DNA of 64,000 nt from Thermodesulfovibrionia bacterium. Its GTDB lineage: Bacteria; Nitrospirota; Thermodesulfovibrionia; UBA6902. The position numbers and the translations under genes were made by a program. The DNA lies in the NCBI GenBank assembly GCA_030646035.1, contig JAUSMY010000046.1, positions 73,072 through 137,071 of the forward strand, written 5' to 3'. Under the pieces are notes generated by a model. It saw nothing but the letters and a program-made list of their open reading frames with translations. It did not search any database and had not been told where the DNA came from. Below, one piece after another: positions 1 to 9,309 of the stretch (position 1 is the stretch's first letter; every line of letters begins with the position of its first letter).

Positions 1-168
1 CCGTTTGAAGCGGTGAACAAGACAAAAAGGCGCAAGATAGCAAATGTCGCGCTTCTTTACCTGAAGAAGCTTAAAGAGACCCCGCCGTGCAGGTTTGACA
101 TTGTCAGCATCTGCTATGAGAATATGAAGCCTGAGATCGAGCTTATCAGGGATGCGTTTGAAGTTTAG
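1..168 (+). CDS. yraN: YraN/UPF0102 family protein, C-terminal part (runs off window start)
   Basis: Frame 1 reads [21 protein letters not shown]...CRFDIVSI...[10 protein letters not shown]; the EAV..K..K, RFD(I/V)V and I.DAF motifs are typical of YraN. Confidence 0.85.
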   Translation, partial: PFEAVNKTKRRKIANVALLYLKKLKETPPCRFDIVSICYENMKPEIELIRDAFEV

Positions 169-215
169 TATCTCCCTTAGAATTTCTTCCTGCGTATATG
201 GTATTATTTCTGTCA

Positions 216-292
216 CGGGGCGTAGCGCAGCCTGGTAGCGCGCACGGTTCGGGACCGTGAGGCCGGAGGTTCGAATCCTCTCGCCCCGACCA
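216..292 (+). tRNA. tRNA-Pro(CGG)
   Basis: CGGGGCG/CGCCCCG acceptor stem, anticodon arm CACGG-TTCGGGA-CCGTG, GGTTCGAATCC T-loop, encoded CCA. Confidence 0.97.
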
Positions 293-313
293 TTAATAGT
301 ATGTTTTATGGCA

Positions 314-390
314 GCCCCCTTAGCTCAGTCGGATAGAGCACAGGTTTCCTAAACCTGGTGTCGCAAGTTCGATTCTTGCAGGGGGCACCA
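314..390 (+). tRNA. tRNA-Arg(CCT)
   Basis: GCCCCCT/AGGGGGC acceptor stem, anticodon arm CAGGT-TTCCTAA-ACCTG, GTTCGATTC T-loop, encoded CCA. Confidence 0.97.
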
Positions 391-568
391 TATTTTTTCA
401 GGTTTTAACCATGTCATCTGCCCTTCTTCATACACCTCTCTGCTTGCCAATATTCATAAAAAATGTATTGACAAATTTATCATTTGTTTACATTGTGTCT
501 TATGATATGGCACTATTAACAAGCCCAGATAGAGGCTAATAAATATTTAATCACAATAGGAGGATGTT

Positions 569-823
569 ATGAAAAACATGATACTTTGTTTGTCTTTGCT
601 GTTCGCAGTGGTTGGCTGTGCTACAACTGGAAATGGAGCAAAATGGAGCTGCCGTGCCGAAGGACTTGCGGATTACAGATACAACGGTGCAGGGCGTGCA
701 TATATCCATCTTCAAAGCTATTCAAGTGGACATGATTACAAAGTTATGCTTAATGCACAGGGAACAGAGGCTACAGGTAACACTCAAGATGGAACACCAT
801 TTTCTTGTATTAAGGAAAAATAA
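569..823 (+). CDS. small lipoprotein, unknown function
   Basis: AGGAGG RBS; signal peptide with lipobox AVVG|C; two further Cys could form a disulfide. Confidence 0.75.
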   Translation: MKNMILCLSLLFAVVGCATTGNGAKWSCRAEGLADYRYNGAGRAYIHLQSYSSGHDYKVMLNAQGTEATGNTQDGTPFSCIKEK

Positions 824-942
824 TACATCAATTAATGGTTTTTATTTGCATTTTAACCATATATAAATCATAACGTTCGCCGGTATGGCAACATTAACAA
901 GCACATAAATCGTAAACATCTTAATTTTTCACAGGAGGCTAA

Positions 943-1140
943 ATGTCTATCAAGAAGAAAGTAGCTAAAGTAGCAAAGGCAGTTGAGAAGAAAACGGCTA
1001 AGGCAGTTAAGGCAACTGAGAAGAAGGTGGCTAAAGTGGCAAAGGTAGTTGAGAAGAAAACAGCTAAGGTAGTGAAGGTAGCTGAGAAGAAAGTAGCGAA
1101 AGCAGTTAAGGTAGTTAAAAAGCAGCTAAAAAGAAAGTAG
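943..1140 (+). CDS. Lys/Ala/Val-rich basic repeat protein (histone H1/HctB-like)
   Basis: CAGGAGG RBS; five 11-aa repeats KK(V/T)AK(V/A)(A/V)Kxx(E). Confidence 0.75.
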   Translation: MSIKKKVAKVAKAVEKKTAKAVKATEKKVAKVAKVVEKKTAKVVKVAEKKVAKAVKVVKKQLKRK

Positions 1141-1165
1141 TCTGGGCAGCACATAGGAGGAAGAT

Positions 1166-1369
1166 ATGGGCGTCTGGGAGAATTTAAAGATGGCGAAGAG
1201 GTCTTCTACGGATCGTTTGATCGGCGGCGTGTGCGGAGGATTGGGTGAAGCGACACCAATCCCATCCTGGATGTGGAGAGCCGGGTTTTTATTCTCTATG
1301 CTGGCTTTCGGTGCTGGATTATTGCTGTATGTGGTGTTGTGGATCTGTATGCCCGGGGACAAGAAGTAA
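1166..1369 (+). CDS. pspC: PspC domain membrane protein
   Basis: RSSTDRLIGGVCGGLGE...LLLYVVLWICMP matches the PspC signature; AGGAGG RBS. Confidence 0.9.
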   Translation: MGVWENLKMAKRSSTDRLIGGVCGGLGEATPIPSWMWRAGFLFSMLAFGAGLLLYVVLWICMPGDKK

Positions 1370-1438
1370 TTTAACTTCTGTCCAAGTAGATAGCCCTTCA
1401 ATGAAAATGTTAAGCTTATCGCAAGGAAATATAATCCA

Positions 1439-1672
1439 ATGTCTTTTGATATCGATAAAATATTTTTTGAGCGGGCTTTTGAATGTCCGCATGATTTCAT
1501 GTGTGAGGATTCCGAAGATCCCTGCCTCTGTGTTATTGATAAACCTCGTTCCGGTTTTCTTCATATTGCCCGAAGAACGCTGGAGGAATGCCCATATATG
1601 AAAACAATGGGTGACGGCCTCATTTGTACCTGTCCTGTAAGAGTTGAAATTTATCGAGTCTATCATAAATAA
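1439..1672 (+). CDS. small Cys-rich protein (paralog A)
   Basis: CxHDFxC..CxC..CPY..CxCPxRxE pattern shared with 1785-2030; AAGGA RBS. Confidence 0.75.
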   Translation: MSFDIDKIFFERAFECPHDFMCEDSEDPCLCVIDKPRSGFLHIARRTLEECPYMKTMGDGLICTCPVRVEIYRVYHK

Positions 1673-1784
1673 AAGATACTTCTCAGCCTTTTTTATTATC
1701 CAATTATAATTCTCAATACCGCCCCGGCATTTTCTTCTTGTATTTTTTGTAGAAATTTCATACTGTTTACTTATAGGAGCAACA

Positions 1785-2030
1785 ATGCGTTATCCGATAA
1801 GTGAAGAAACAGTCAGGAAAACAAAAAAATGTGACCATGATTTTGCTTGTTTAGACGGTAATTTTGAAAACTGTTCCTGCTCTATAGACCGTTATTTATT
1901 AGGGAACGGCATTTTTCTTAAGGAAAATGAGGCGCTTAAACAGCATTGCCCATACATCCTCTGTTATGGATCTTCTTTCAGCTGTCATTGCCCGACAAGG
2001 ATCGAACTTCTTCAGAAACATAGAGTTTAG
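1785..2030 (+). CDS. small Cys-rich protein (paralog B)
   Basis: same Cys pattern as 1439-1672; AGGAG RBS. Confidence 0.75.
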   Translation: MRYPISEETVRKTKKCDHDFACLDGNFENCSCSIDRYLLGNGIFLKENEALKQHCPYILCYGSSFSCHCPTRIELLQKHRV

Positions 2031-2062
2031 TTCTATAACATAACTTTCTAAGTCCTCTTGAT

Positions 2063-2095
2063 ACACACCCCTGCACCCCTCTTGATAGAGGGGAA
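2063..2095. repeat. REP-like palindrome (CCCCTCT/AGAGGGG type)
   Basis: ACACACCCCTGCA-CCCCTCT-TGAT-AGAGGGG-AA hairpin; resembles the first half of the 38357/41456 repeats. Confidence 0.5.
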
Positions 2096-2197
2096 AAAGA
2101 TAATCAGTCAAAAAAAGAATTAAAACGATGAAGGGCGTATAATAGATAAGCAAAAAAGTTTTCATCAGTAAAAAATACATTCTAAAAGGATGGGTAG

Positions 2198-2593
2198 ATG
2201 AAAAATCAAAGCTATATGGCAAAAAAGGTTCAGATGGATGAAAAGATGAAAGCAGTAGGCCTTGTTTCCAAATGTTTTCCTGATGTTTTGGATATTGTGA
2301 TCCATATGACGTATGACCGGAAGACATCGAGTTCTTTTTCTCTTGAACGCACTCTTAATTTTTCTCAATCCAGTTATGCCTATTTTGATATAAACTGCAT
2401 TATTAAGGATTGTGTTTATGGAAATCTTAACCTGACCCCATTGATCAGTTCTATGGTTAAAGAACATAAAAAGAACGGAACTGGCAGGGAAGTATTCAAG
2501 GTAAGTAAAGATTCATATATCTCAGGCGATGTCGGGATCTCCTATAAGATAAATATCAAGTACAATAATAAAGTTAAGCACTCATCACATTAG
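2198..2593 (+). CDS. hypothetical protein
   Basis: 131-aa ORF with a C-x4-C motif; no family recognised with confidence. Confidence 0.6.
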   Translation: MKNQSYMAKKVQMDEKMKAVGLVSKCFPDVLDIVIHMTYDRKTSSSFSLERTLNFSQSSYAYFDINCIIKDCVYGNLNLTPLISSMVKEHKKNGTGREVFKVSKDSYISGDVGISYKINIKYNNKVKHSSH

Positions 2594-2679
2594 CTGTTCC
2601 GCAGTGAAATTTACATATTTAGTTTGACGGTTTCATTTAACTTTTTTAAATATTTTCTGGATTAAAAGGAGAGGCGACT

Positions 2680-2859
2680 ATGGCGGTACGCGCGGGCATG
2701 TATGGTGCCAATAAGAGGAGAAAAGAACTGGATCGGAAGAAAAAGCAGGATGAGAAGAGACTGAAACGGAAGAGCAGCGTTAAAGATTCTCCCCAGGAAA
2801 CTGAAGGAGCAGCCGCTATTAATATTGAATCAGAATCCTTAAAGGATCCATTAGATTAA
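2680..2859 (+). CDS. small basic protein, 59 aa (not in ORF track)
   Basis: AAGGAGAGG RBS, then MAVRAGMYGANKRRKELDRKKKQDEKRLKRK...LKDPLD*, ending just before a terminator. Confidence 0.7.
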   Translation: MAVRAGMYGANKRRKELDRKKKQDEKRLKRKSSVKDSPQETEGAAAINIESESLKDPLD

Positions 2860-2863
2860 GAAT

Positions 2864-2902
2864 AAAAAAAAGACTCAATGACCGAATGTCATTGAGTCTT
2901 TT
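2864..2902. terminator. bidirectional intrinsic terminator
   Basis: AAAAGACTCAATGAC-cgaat-GTCATTGAGTCTTTT perfect stem between convergent genes. Confidence 0.85.
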
Positions 2903-2927
2903 GCGGTGTTTAACTTGATGCGTATTG

Positions 2928-4274
2928 CTATGATGCCTTTTTCAAGTCTTTAAATACCTGCCATCCCTTAAGAAGGTCAACCGCACGCTGAAGCTGAATA
3001 TCTTCAGCTTTTTCATCTTTAACAACTGCTTCAGGAGCGTCTTCTTCGGTAATGACTGGATTGTCTGCTGCTTCATCTTTCTTCACTTCTTTGTCTTTAG
3101 TTTTTATTAAATCGTTTTCAAGGTGCCTTGCAAGGTCCTTTTCTCTTACAATAGGGTGGGTACCTGATCCGTTCTCAGACTTTACTGCGATATCAGGCTC
3201 AATACCTGTGGTCTGGATCGACCTGTCCTTGGGTGTGTAATAACGAGCGGTTGTCAGCCTAAGGCCTGAACCGTCACTTAGTTCCATAACAGTCTGCACT
3301 GAACCCTTTCCGAATGTCTTGGTACCCAGGATTACGGCACGTCCCCAGTCTTGCAGAGCGCCTGCAACTATCTCGGAAGCGCTGGCGCTTCCTTCGTTAA
3401 CGAGTACTATCATTGGATAGTCATAAGGTTTATTGCCGTTTTTAGTTTTGTATTCAGTCTTTTCTCCGACCCTTCCCTTAATATAGACGACAAGCTTGTT
3501 TGCCGGGAGGAACTTGCTTGATACATCAACTGCGCTGTTAAGAAGTCCGCCGGGGTTATTTCTCAGGTCAAGAACAAGCCCGGTGATGCCTTTAGTCTTG
3601 GATATTTCCACTAAAGCAGTCTCAAGGTCAGCAGCTGACTGCTCCTGAAACTGCATGAGCCTTACATATCCTATTTCATTATCTATTATTTTATGCTTCA
3701 CGCTCTTTGTCTTTATTATGTCTCTTATGATGGTGAAATCTATCGGTTTATCAAGGCCGGCTCTGACTATTGTAATAGTTACAGAGGTGCCTTTCTCTCC
3801 CCTGAGCTTATTAACTGCTTCCATAAGTGTCAGGTCTTTTGTAGTCTCATTATTTATCTTTATAATAAAGTCGCCTGCCTTGACTCCTGCGACAAAGGCC
3901 GGGGTGTCCTCAATAGGTGCTATAACGGTAAGCATATTGTCTTTCATGCCGATCTGTATGCCGAGCCCTCCGAACTCTCCCTTGGTCTCTATCTGCATCT
4001 CATGATAGGAATCAGGGGTCATGAAGGATGAGTGCGGGTCAAGGGAACTCAGCATTCCTCTTATAGCGCCGTATACCAGTTCCTTGTCATCTACTTCTTC
4101 AACATAATTCTGTTTTACAAGCGACAGCACCTCTACAAAGGTCTTGATCCTTTTATATGCTTCCCCCTCATAAGCGCTCACAGTTTCAACAGCCCCCCAT
4201 TTGCTCAGCACAAGAGGCGTCATCATTAGAAGAAGTATAAGTGCCCACCAGAAATAAGATTTATTTTTCAGCAT
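2928..4274 (-). CDS. ctpA: carboxy-terminal processing protease, S41 family
   Basis: LDPHS, PDZ GLGIQI, DLRNNPGG, SASASEIVAGALQD, TFGKGSVQ motifs. Confidence 0.95.
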   Translation of the reverse strand: MLKNKSYFWWALILLLMMTPLVLSKWGAVETVSAYEGEAYKRIKTFVEVLSLVKQNYVEEVDDKELVYGAIRGMLSSLDPHSSFMTPDSYHEMQIETKGEFGGLGIQIGMKDNMLTVIAPIEDTPAFVAGVKAGDFIIKINNETTKDLTLMEAVNKLRGEKGTSVTITIVRAGLDKPIDFTIIRDIIKTKSVKHKIIDNEIGYVRLMQFQEQSAADLETALVEISKTKGITGLVLDLRNNPGGLLNSAVDVSSKFLPANKLVVYIKGRVGEKTEYKTKNGNKPYDYPMIVLVNEGSASASEIVAGALQDWGRAVILGTKTFGKGSVQTVMELSDGSGLRLTTARYYTPKDRSIQTTGIEPDIAVKSENGSGTHPIVREKDLARHLENDLIKTKDKEVKKDEAADNPVITEEDAPEAVVKDEKAEDIQLQRAVDLLKGWQVFKDLKKAS

Positions 4275-4301
4275 TTCCCCTCATAATTACATTAAATGAT
4301 T

Positions 4302-5480
4302 TTATTTTTTTGAAGTCTTATCAATTCGGTTTTTCATCAGCCAATTAACTGGGTCAACAGGCTTTCCTTTATCTCTAATCTCAAAATAAAGAGTGGGAAT
4401 TCCCAGTGACTTTGACATGCCTGCTTTACCAATGACTGAACCCTTTTTTATTATAGCACCTGTTTCATGAAAAATCTCTGACAGCTGCCCGTAGAGAGAG
4501 TGATATCCTCCGCCGTGATCAATAATTACCAGCAGCCCATACCCCTTGAACTTGTCAGCGAATACTATCTTGCCGCCCATTATCGCCTCTACCGGACTCC
4601 CCAGGCTTGTCTTGATCTCCACCCCGTTCTTATAAACAGGGATCTTAAGCTCAGGGTCGATGTATTTGCCAAAAGGAAGAACAATACTGCCGTTTACAGG
4701 CCACGGGAGTCTGCCTTTCATGGAGCTGAAGCCTTTATCTACAGAAGGCTTTGAACTTCCCATTCTTGAAATTCTCTTCATCATTGCTCGCAGCCTCTTT
4801 GATGCCTTTGTCAGCTCCTCAAGCTCTTTTTCGTAATTGCTGCGCCTCTCTTTCACTGATGTGAGCAGGCTGTTTTTTTTGCGTTTCTGCGCCTCTAATT
4901 CTTTCGTCTTTTTACTAAGAATCTTCCTGTCTGACTCAAGGCTGTTCTTAAGGGTCTCAAGCTCCTGTTTGTTAACGTCAAGCTTAACAAGGCCGGCTCT
5001 GATATCTTCGATCAATCTTCGGTCGTACCCGGCAATATATTCCAGATATTTTCTTTTTCTTCCAAAGTCCTGATAGTCTGCCGCAGATACAAAAAACAAT
5101 GCTATTTCATTTTGCCTGAACTTATATATTGTTCTAAGGCGTTCATAAAGATACTCCTTCCTCTTTGCCAGGCCGGCCTGCAGTGAACCGGTGCTTTGAT
5201 TAACAGAATCTATATTGGCTGATTTTTCAGATATCATCTGATTGTATTTACGGATATCATCGGCATTCTTTTTTATTGAGAAGCCTATCGTCTTGAGATT
5301 TGTGGCCAATGACTTTTCTTCCGCTTTGGTCTTTTTAACCTTTTCTTTTCTTTCTTCAATTTTTTTGCTGATATCGGTAAGTTCTTTTTCAGGGGCTGCT
5401 GCATGAAGAAGTGAAAAACAGAAGGCCAACAGTGAGATAGAAACTATAAGAAGGAATGTCTTTGCTTCTCTTATTCCCAT
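4302..5480 (-). CDS. envC: murein hydrolase activator EnvC (coiled coil + degenerate M23)
   Basis: signal peptide, long coiled coil, KGRLPWPVNG, GYGLLVIIDHG, LYFEIR; follows ftsX. Confidence 0.9.
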   Translation of the reverse strand: MGIREAKTFLLIVSISLLAFCFSLLHAAAPEKELTDISKKIEERKEKVKKTKAEEKSLATNLKTIGFSIKKNADDIRKYNQMISEKSANIDSVNQSTGSLQAGLAKRKEYLYERLRTIYKFRQNEIALFFVSAADYQDFGRKRKYLEYIAGYDRRLIEDIRAGLVKLDVNKQELETLKNSLESDRKILSKKTKELEAQKRKKNSLLTSVKERRSNYEKELEELTKASKRLRAMMKRISRMGSSKPSVDKGFSSMKGRLPWPVNGSIVLPFGKYIDPELKIPVYKNGVEIKTSLGSPVEAIMGGKIVFADKFKGYGLLVIIDHGGGYHSLYGQLSEIFHETGAIIKKGSVIGKAGMSKSLGIPTLYFEIRDKGKPVDPVNWLMKNRIDKTSKK

Positions 5481-5483
5481 TTG

Positions 5484-6368
5484 TCAGTATTTAATCTTTT
5501 CGACCGCAATGAAACTGCCTGTAAGGCTTAGCAATGCACCGGCAATGGGGCCAAACAATAACATATCTAAAGGCAGATGGAAGAGGGATGCCCCTATTTC
5601 CGGCAAAAGTTCAATTAATTTTGAGGTAATTAAAGGATAGGAAAACAAGATGACAGATGAGCAGACAGCGCCTCCGAGCGCTCCTATGACAATGCCTTCG
5701 ATCAGAAACGTCAGCCTTATAGACCCTCTTGTTGCGCCAAGCGTCTTCAGGTTATTGACCTCTTCCTCTCTTCTGGAAAAGAGTATCTTTATTGTACTGA
5801 ATGATATAAAGATGACCGCGGTCAATAATGCTGAGCCGATTATCAATGCAAATGCCCTTAATGCCCTGGTGATCCTGATAAAGGATGTGAGCCATTTTTC
5901 TCCTGACTGAACATCATCCACGCCGGGGATTTGAAGTATTGCAGCTGCTTTTCGTTTAACAAAGGCAGGGTTTAACGCCATACGTTTCAGTTTAAGCTCA
6001 AAAGAGGAGGGCAGCGGATTGCTGTCAACAGATTCAAGGAGTGAGTTGTCCGTGCCCAGGGCCTTCTGCAGCTCTGCTAAGGCATCTTCCTTTGATATAT
6101 ACTTTACACTTGATATGTCGCTGTCTTGCCGGAACAATGTTTTGATCGCCTCTTCTTCATCTTTGCCGATGCCTTCATCCATATAGACAATAATGCGGAA
6201 ATCATTAAACCATTTGTTGATAAATGATTCGATGTTGGCTGTTAATATAAGGAATGCGGCGAGTATCAGCATAACCGTGCTTATTGAGAGAGCGGCAAGG
6301 AGGTTTATCCACTTTTCACGCCAGAGATTCTGAAGAGCGGTATCATATGGATTCAGCAGCGTCCTCAT
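5484..6368 (-). CDS. ftsX: cell division permease FtsX
   Basis: 4 TM helices, YISKEDAL, NPLPSSFE, LGAT..I...FLIEG motifs; upstream of envC. Confidence 0.9.
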   Translation of the reverse strand: MRTLLNPYDTALQNLWREKWINLLAALSISTVMLILAAFLILTANIESFINKWFNDFRIIVYMDEGIGKDEEEAIKTLFRQDSDISSVKYISKEDALAELQKALGTDNSLLESVDSNPLPSSFELKLKRMALNPAFVKRKAAAILQIPGVDDVQSGEKWLTSFIRITRALRAFALIIGSALLTAVIFISFSTIKILFSRREEEVNNLKTLGATRGSIRLTFLIEGIVIGALGGAVCSSVILFSYPLITSKLIELLPEIGASLFHLPLDMLLFGPIAGALLSLTGSFIAVEKIKY

Positions 6369-6445
6369 ACAGTTATAGTGAATGATATATCAGTGAGTAC
6401 AGCTTCTTTGCCGAAATATTTTGAAACGTTCGAGAAACGGATCAT
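6365..6445 (-). pseudogene. ftsE: ftsE remnant, 26 codons
   Basis: MIRFSNVSKYFGKEAVLTDISFTITV* is an ABC-ATPase N-terminus; start overlaps the transketolase stop (TAATG) and its stop overlaps the ftsX start (ATGA). Confidence 0.75.
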
Positions 6446-7389
6446 TATCCCAGATACGTCTTTACTGTTTCGACGATCTTTTCAACTGTAAGGCCATGGT
6501 ACGTAAGGAGTTCTGAAGGAAGTCCTGAACATCCGAATGTATCCTGGATACCTATGCGTTTAACTGTTACAGGATGATTTTCCGAAATGAACTCAGCAAC
6601 AGCGCCGCCCAGCCCTCCGATAACAGAATGCTCTTCCGCTGTAACAATTATTTTAGAGCTCTTTGCGGCCTCAAGAAGTACAGCCGCATCAAGAGGTTTG
6701 ATCGTTGACATATTGATGACACCTGCATCTATTCCGTCTTTCCTTAGAATGTCAGCCGCCTTGAGCGCAAGGTCGACCATGATGCCGCAGGCTATAATAT
6801 TTGCATCTTTTCCCATATGAAAGACATATGCCTTGCCGAGAGTGAAGCTGTAATCATCAGGCATCACATACGGCACATTGGACCTGCCGAGCCTTACATA
6901 GACAGGCCCTTTCATGGCTGCTACGGCGTTAATCGCTGAGGTGGTCTCTGCGGCATCCGCAGGAACTACAACGTTCATATTGGGAAGCGCCCTCATAATG
7001 GCAATATCCTCAAGCGCCTGATGTGATGCGCCGTCCTCTCCTACGGTAATGCCTCCATGAGTTGCGACGATCTTTACGTTTGTGCGTGAATAACATAGTG
7101 TAAGCCTTATCTGGTCCCAAGCCCGTCCTGTTGCAAAGACTGCAAATGTTGAAGCAAAGGGAACCTTACCGGTAAGGGAGAGGCCTGCGGCAGTCCCTAT
7201 CATATCCTGCTCGGCTATACCCATGTTAAAGAACCTTTCAGGGAATTCTTTAGCAAACTTGTTTGTTTTTGTAGAACCCGAGAGGTCTGCGTCAAGTGCG
7301 ACTATGTCAGTCCTTTTTCTTCCAAGCTCCAGAAGCGCTTCGCCGTATGCATCTCTCGTTGCCTTAGGTTTTTTTATGGTATCAGACAT
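6445..7389 (-). CDS. transketolase, C-terminal (pyrimidine-binding) subunit
   Basis: DADLSGST, GIAEQDM, GEDGASHQ, GPVYVRLGR, AEEHSVIGGLG motifs. Confidence 0.95.
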   Translation of the reverse strand: MSDTIKKPKATRDAYGEALLELGRKRTDIVALDADLSGSTKTNKFAKEFPERFFNMGIAEQDMIGTAAGLSLTGKVPFASTFAVFATGRAWDQIRLTLCYSRTNVKIVATHGGITVGEDGASHQALEDIAIMRALPNMNVVVPADAAETTSAINAVAAMKGPVYVRLGRSNVPYVMPDDYSFTLGKAYVFHMGKDANIIACGIMVDLALKAADILRKDGIDAGVINMSTIKPLDAAVLLEAAKSSKIIVTAEEHSVIGGLGGAVAEFISENHPVTVKRIGIQDTFGCSGLPSELLTYHGLTVEKIVETVKTYLG

Positions 7390-8218
7390 TGTTTATCTCC
7401 TTAATTGCTTTATCTAATTGCTCAACAGACGGGGTAGTGCCGTGGTACTCGACCTTGCCTTCAAAGAATGACACGCCTTTGCCCTTAACCGTATTGGCGA
7501 TGATCATTGTGGGTTTTCCCCTGGTCTTCTCTGCTTCATTAAGAGCGCCGAGTATCGCTTTTATGTCATGCCCATCGATATTAATGACATGCCAGCCGAA
7601 AGCAGCCCACTTGTCAGTAAGCGGTTCAATCCCCATTACCTTCTCAACAGGACCGTCGATCTGGAGGCCGTTCCTGTCAATGACCGCACACAGATTGTCG
7701 AGGTGATAATGTGCGGATGTCATGGCAGCTTCCCATACCTGGCCTTCCTGTACCTCGCCGTCACCCATAATGCAGTAGATCCTTGCCGGATTTTTATCCA
7801 GCTTCAGTCCCAGCGCCATGCCATTGGAGACAGAAAGCCCCTGGCCGAGAGAACCGGTGGATACCTCAACTCCTGCGAGGCTCTTGCAGCATGGGTGTCC
7901 CTGAAGCGGAGACTCGATCTTCCTCAGGTCATCGAGGATATCTTTTGAAAAGTACCCTGCCTTTGCAAGGACGGCGTACAGCAATGGTGCTGCGTGGCCC
8001 TTGGACATTATGAACCTGTCTCTCTCATTCCATAAAGGATCATGAGGGTTGAATCTCATTTTTGAGAAATATATTGCAACCGCAATATCAGTAGCAGAGA
8101 GTGACCCGCCGGTATGGCCTGAGCCGGCAGATGTGAGCATCTTCAGTATATCGATACGCACCTCTCTGGCGATATTGTCAAGCTTGTTTACATCGGTTAT
8201 CTGTCCGGTTAAGTTCAT
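7382..8218 (-). CDS. transketolase, N-terminal (TPP-binding) subunit
   Basis: SGHTGGSLS, DRFIMSKGHAAP, TGSLGQG, GDGEVQEG motifs; ATG at 8218 follows GGAGG. Confidence 0.95.
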   Translation of the reverse strand: MNLTGQITDVNKLDNIAREVRIDILKMLTSAGSGHTGGSLSATDIAVAIYFSKMRFNPHDPLWNERDRFIMSKGHAAPLLYAVLAKAGYFSKDILDDLRKIESPLQGHPCCKSLAGVEVSTGSLGQGLSVSNGMALGLKLDKNPARIYCIMGDGEVQEGQVWEAAMTSAHYHLDNLCAVIDRNGLQIDGPVEKVMGIEPLTDKWAAFGWHVINIDGHDIKAILGALNEAEKTRGKPTMIIANTVKGKGVSFFEGKVEYHGTTPSVEQLDKAIKEINNV

Positions 8219-8502
8219 TAAATCCTCCAAATTGTCGGAAATGGTATTTGATAAAATTAAATCAATTTATTCTGAAGGGGTCTAAAAAATACGTGAAATT
8301 ATAATCTTTCAGCACAAACATAAGCAACAGATTAATCGGGTTAATAGAATGGCTGGGGCAGATTCAGCATAACATTGGCTTAACCCGTTAAAAATGTGCT
8401 TGTATTTATTCCATATGAAAATATTTATCAGACAGTGTAAAATATCAATACTAACCAATCAGTTTCTTTGAAAAAACAATAATACAACCGAAAACGATAT
8501 TG

Positions 8503-9171
8503 ATGAAAAAAATAGTTATCAGTTTAATTGCTTTTGTTTTTCTTTTGTATGGATGCGCGACTTCACCGGTAAAAGAGATGCCAGTGCCGGAGGGCGGTGC
8601 TGCCAGAAAGTCACCGATACCGCAGGAGGAGCAGGAGACAAAGTCTATTAATGTTTTTCGTGAACTGCTTGATATGTCAGCATCGGCAGATGACAGGGAT
8701 GATGTGCTTCTTGAGATGCAGAAGAAGTATCTTGAGATCATAAATAATTATCCGGATGCGCCGCTTGCTCAGGAAAGTTATTACAGGCTGATCAATATTT
8801 TATTAACTGATTACTACCCGCCTGAATTTGTAAAGGCTGAGTCGCATTATAATGATTTTTTAAAAAGATATCCCAGATCAAAATTTAAATATCTGATTGA
8901 TACAACATTAGGCACGTATTACCTTAAAAGCGGGCAGTGGGAAAAACTTTCAGTGTTGGCCAGAGATGCATTCGATGATTACTCCAAGTCCGGTTCTGCA
9001 GGAAGCCCGACACTCTTATTTATGTATGCAGAATCAAACTACAATCTTAACAATTTAAAAGAAGCTGAAGCCGGGTATAATGCCGTTATCAGGCTGTTTC
9101 CTAATTTCGGTGACGGTATTACCTCTAAAGCAAGGCTGGAAGAAATGAAATCCAGAAAAAATCGGCCATAA
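8503..9171 (+). CDS. TPR-repeat lipoprotein (BamD/CpoB-like)
   Basis: lipobox LYG|C; TPR-like YPDAPLAQESYY, YPRS, AESNYNL..A...Y..VI..FP. Confidence 0.75.
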   Translation: MKKIVISLIAFVFLLYGCATSPVKEMPVPEGGAARKSPIPQEEQETKSINVFRELLDMSASADDRDDVLLEMQKKYLEIINNYPDAPLAQESYYRLINILLTDYYPPEFVKAESHYNDFLKRYPRSKFKYLIDTTLGTYYLKSGQWEKLSVLARDAFDDYSKSGSAGSPTLLFMYAESNYNLNNLKEAEAGYNAVIRLFPNFGDGITSKARLEEMKSRKNRP

Positions 9172-9250
9172 TTTCAATTTATTGTCATTAGTGTGTGAAA
9201 ACACCCATGTGGGGGCTATTTAAGACTTTTTCTGATATGCTTGTTGAGTT

Positions 9251-9297
9251 TAACTTGTTGTTTTTATTAGGTTATCCTTTTTGGTATCATTTTTGCT
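9251..9297 (+). promoter_or_regulatory. putative sigma54 (-24/-12) promoter with upstream IHF-like site
   Basis: TTGGTATCATTTTTGCT (GG-N10-GC) at 9281-9297; TAACTTGTTG at 9251-9260 resembles a reverse IHF site. Confidence 0.6.
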
Positions 9298-9309
9298 TTA
9301 TTATATTAC

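Noticed and set aside
939-1154. Minus-strand hydrophobic repeat ORF
   Set aside because: Mirror of the Lys-rich plus-strand gene, which has a clear RBS
216-2900. tRNA-anchored integrative element or prophage
   Set aside because: No integrase, phage genes or duplicated tRNA 3' end seen in the window
8331-8390. Inverted repeat TTAA(T)CGGGTTAA ... TTAACCCGTTAA in the divergent intergenic region
   Set aside because: Short arms ~35 nt apart, single occurrence; could be an operator but there is no supporting evidence
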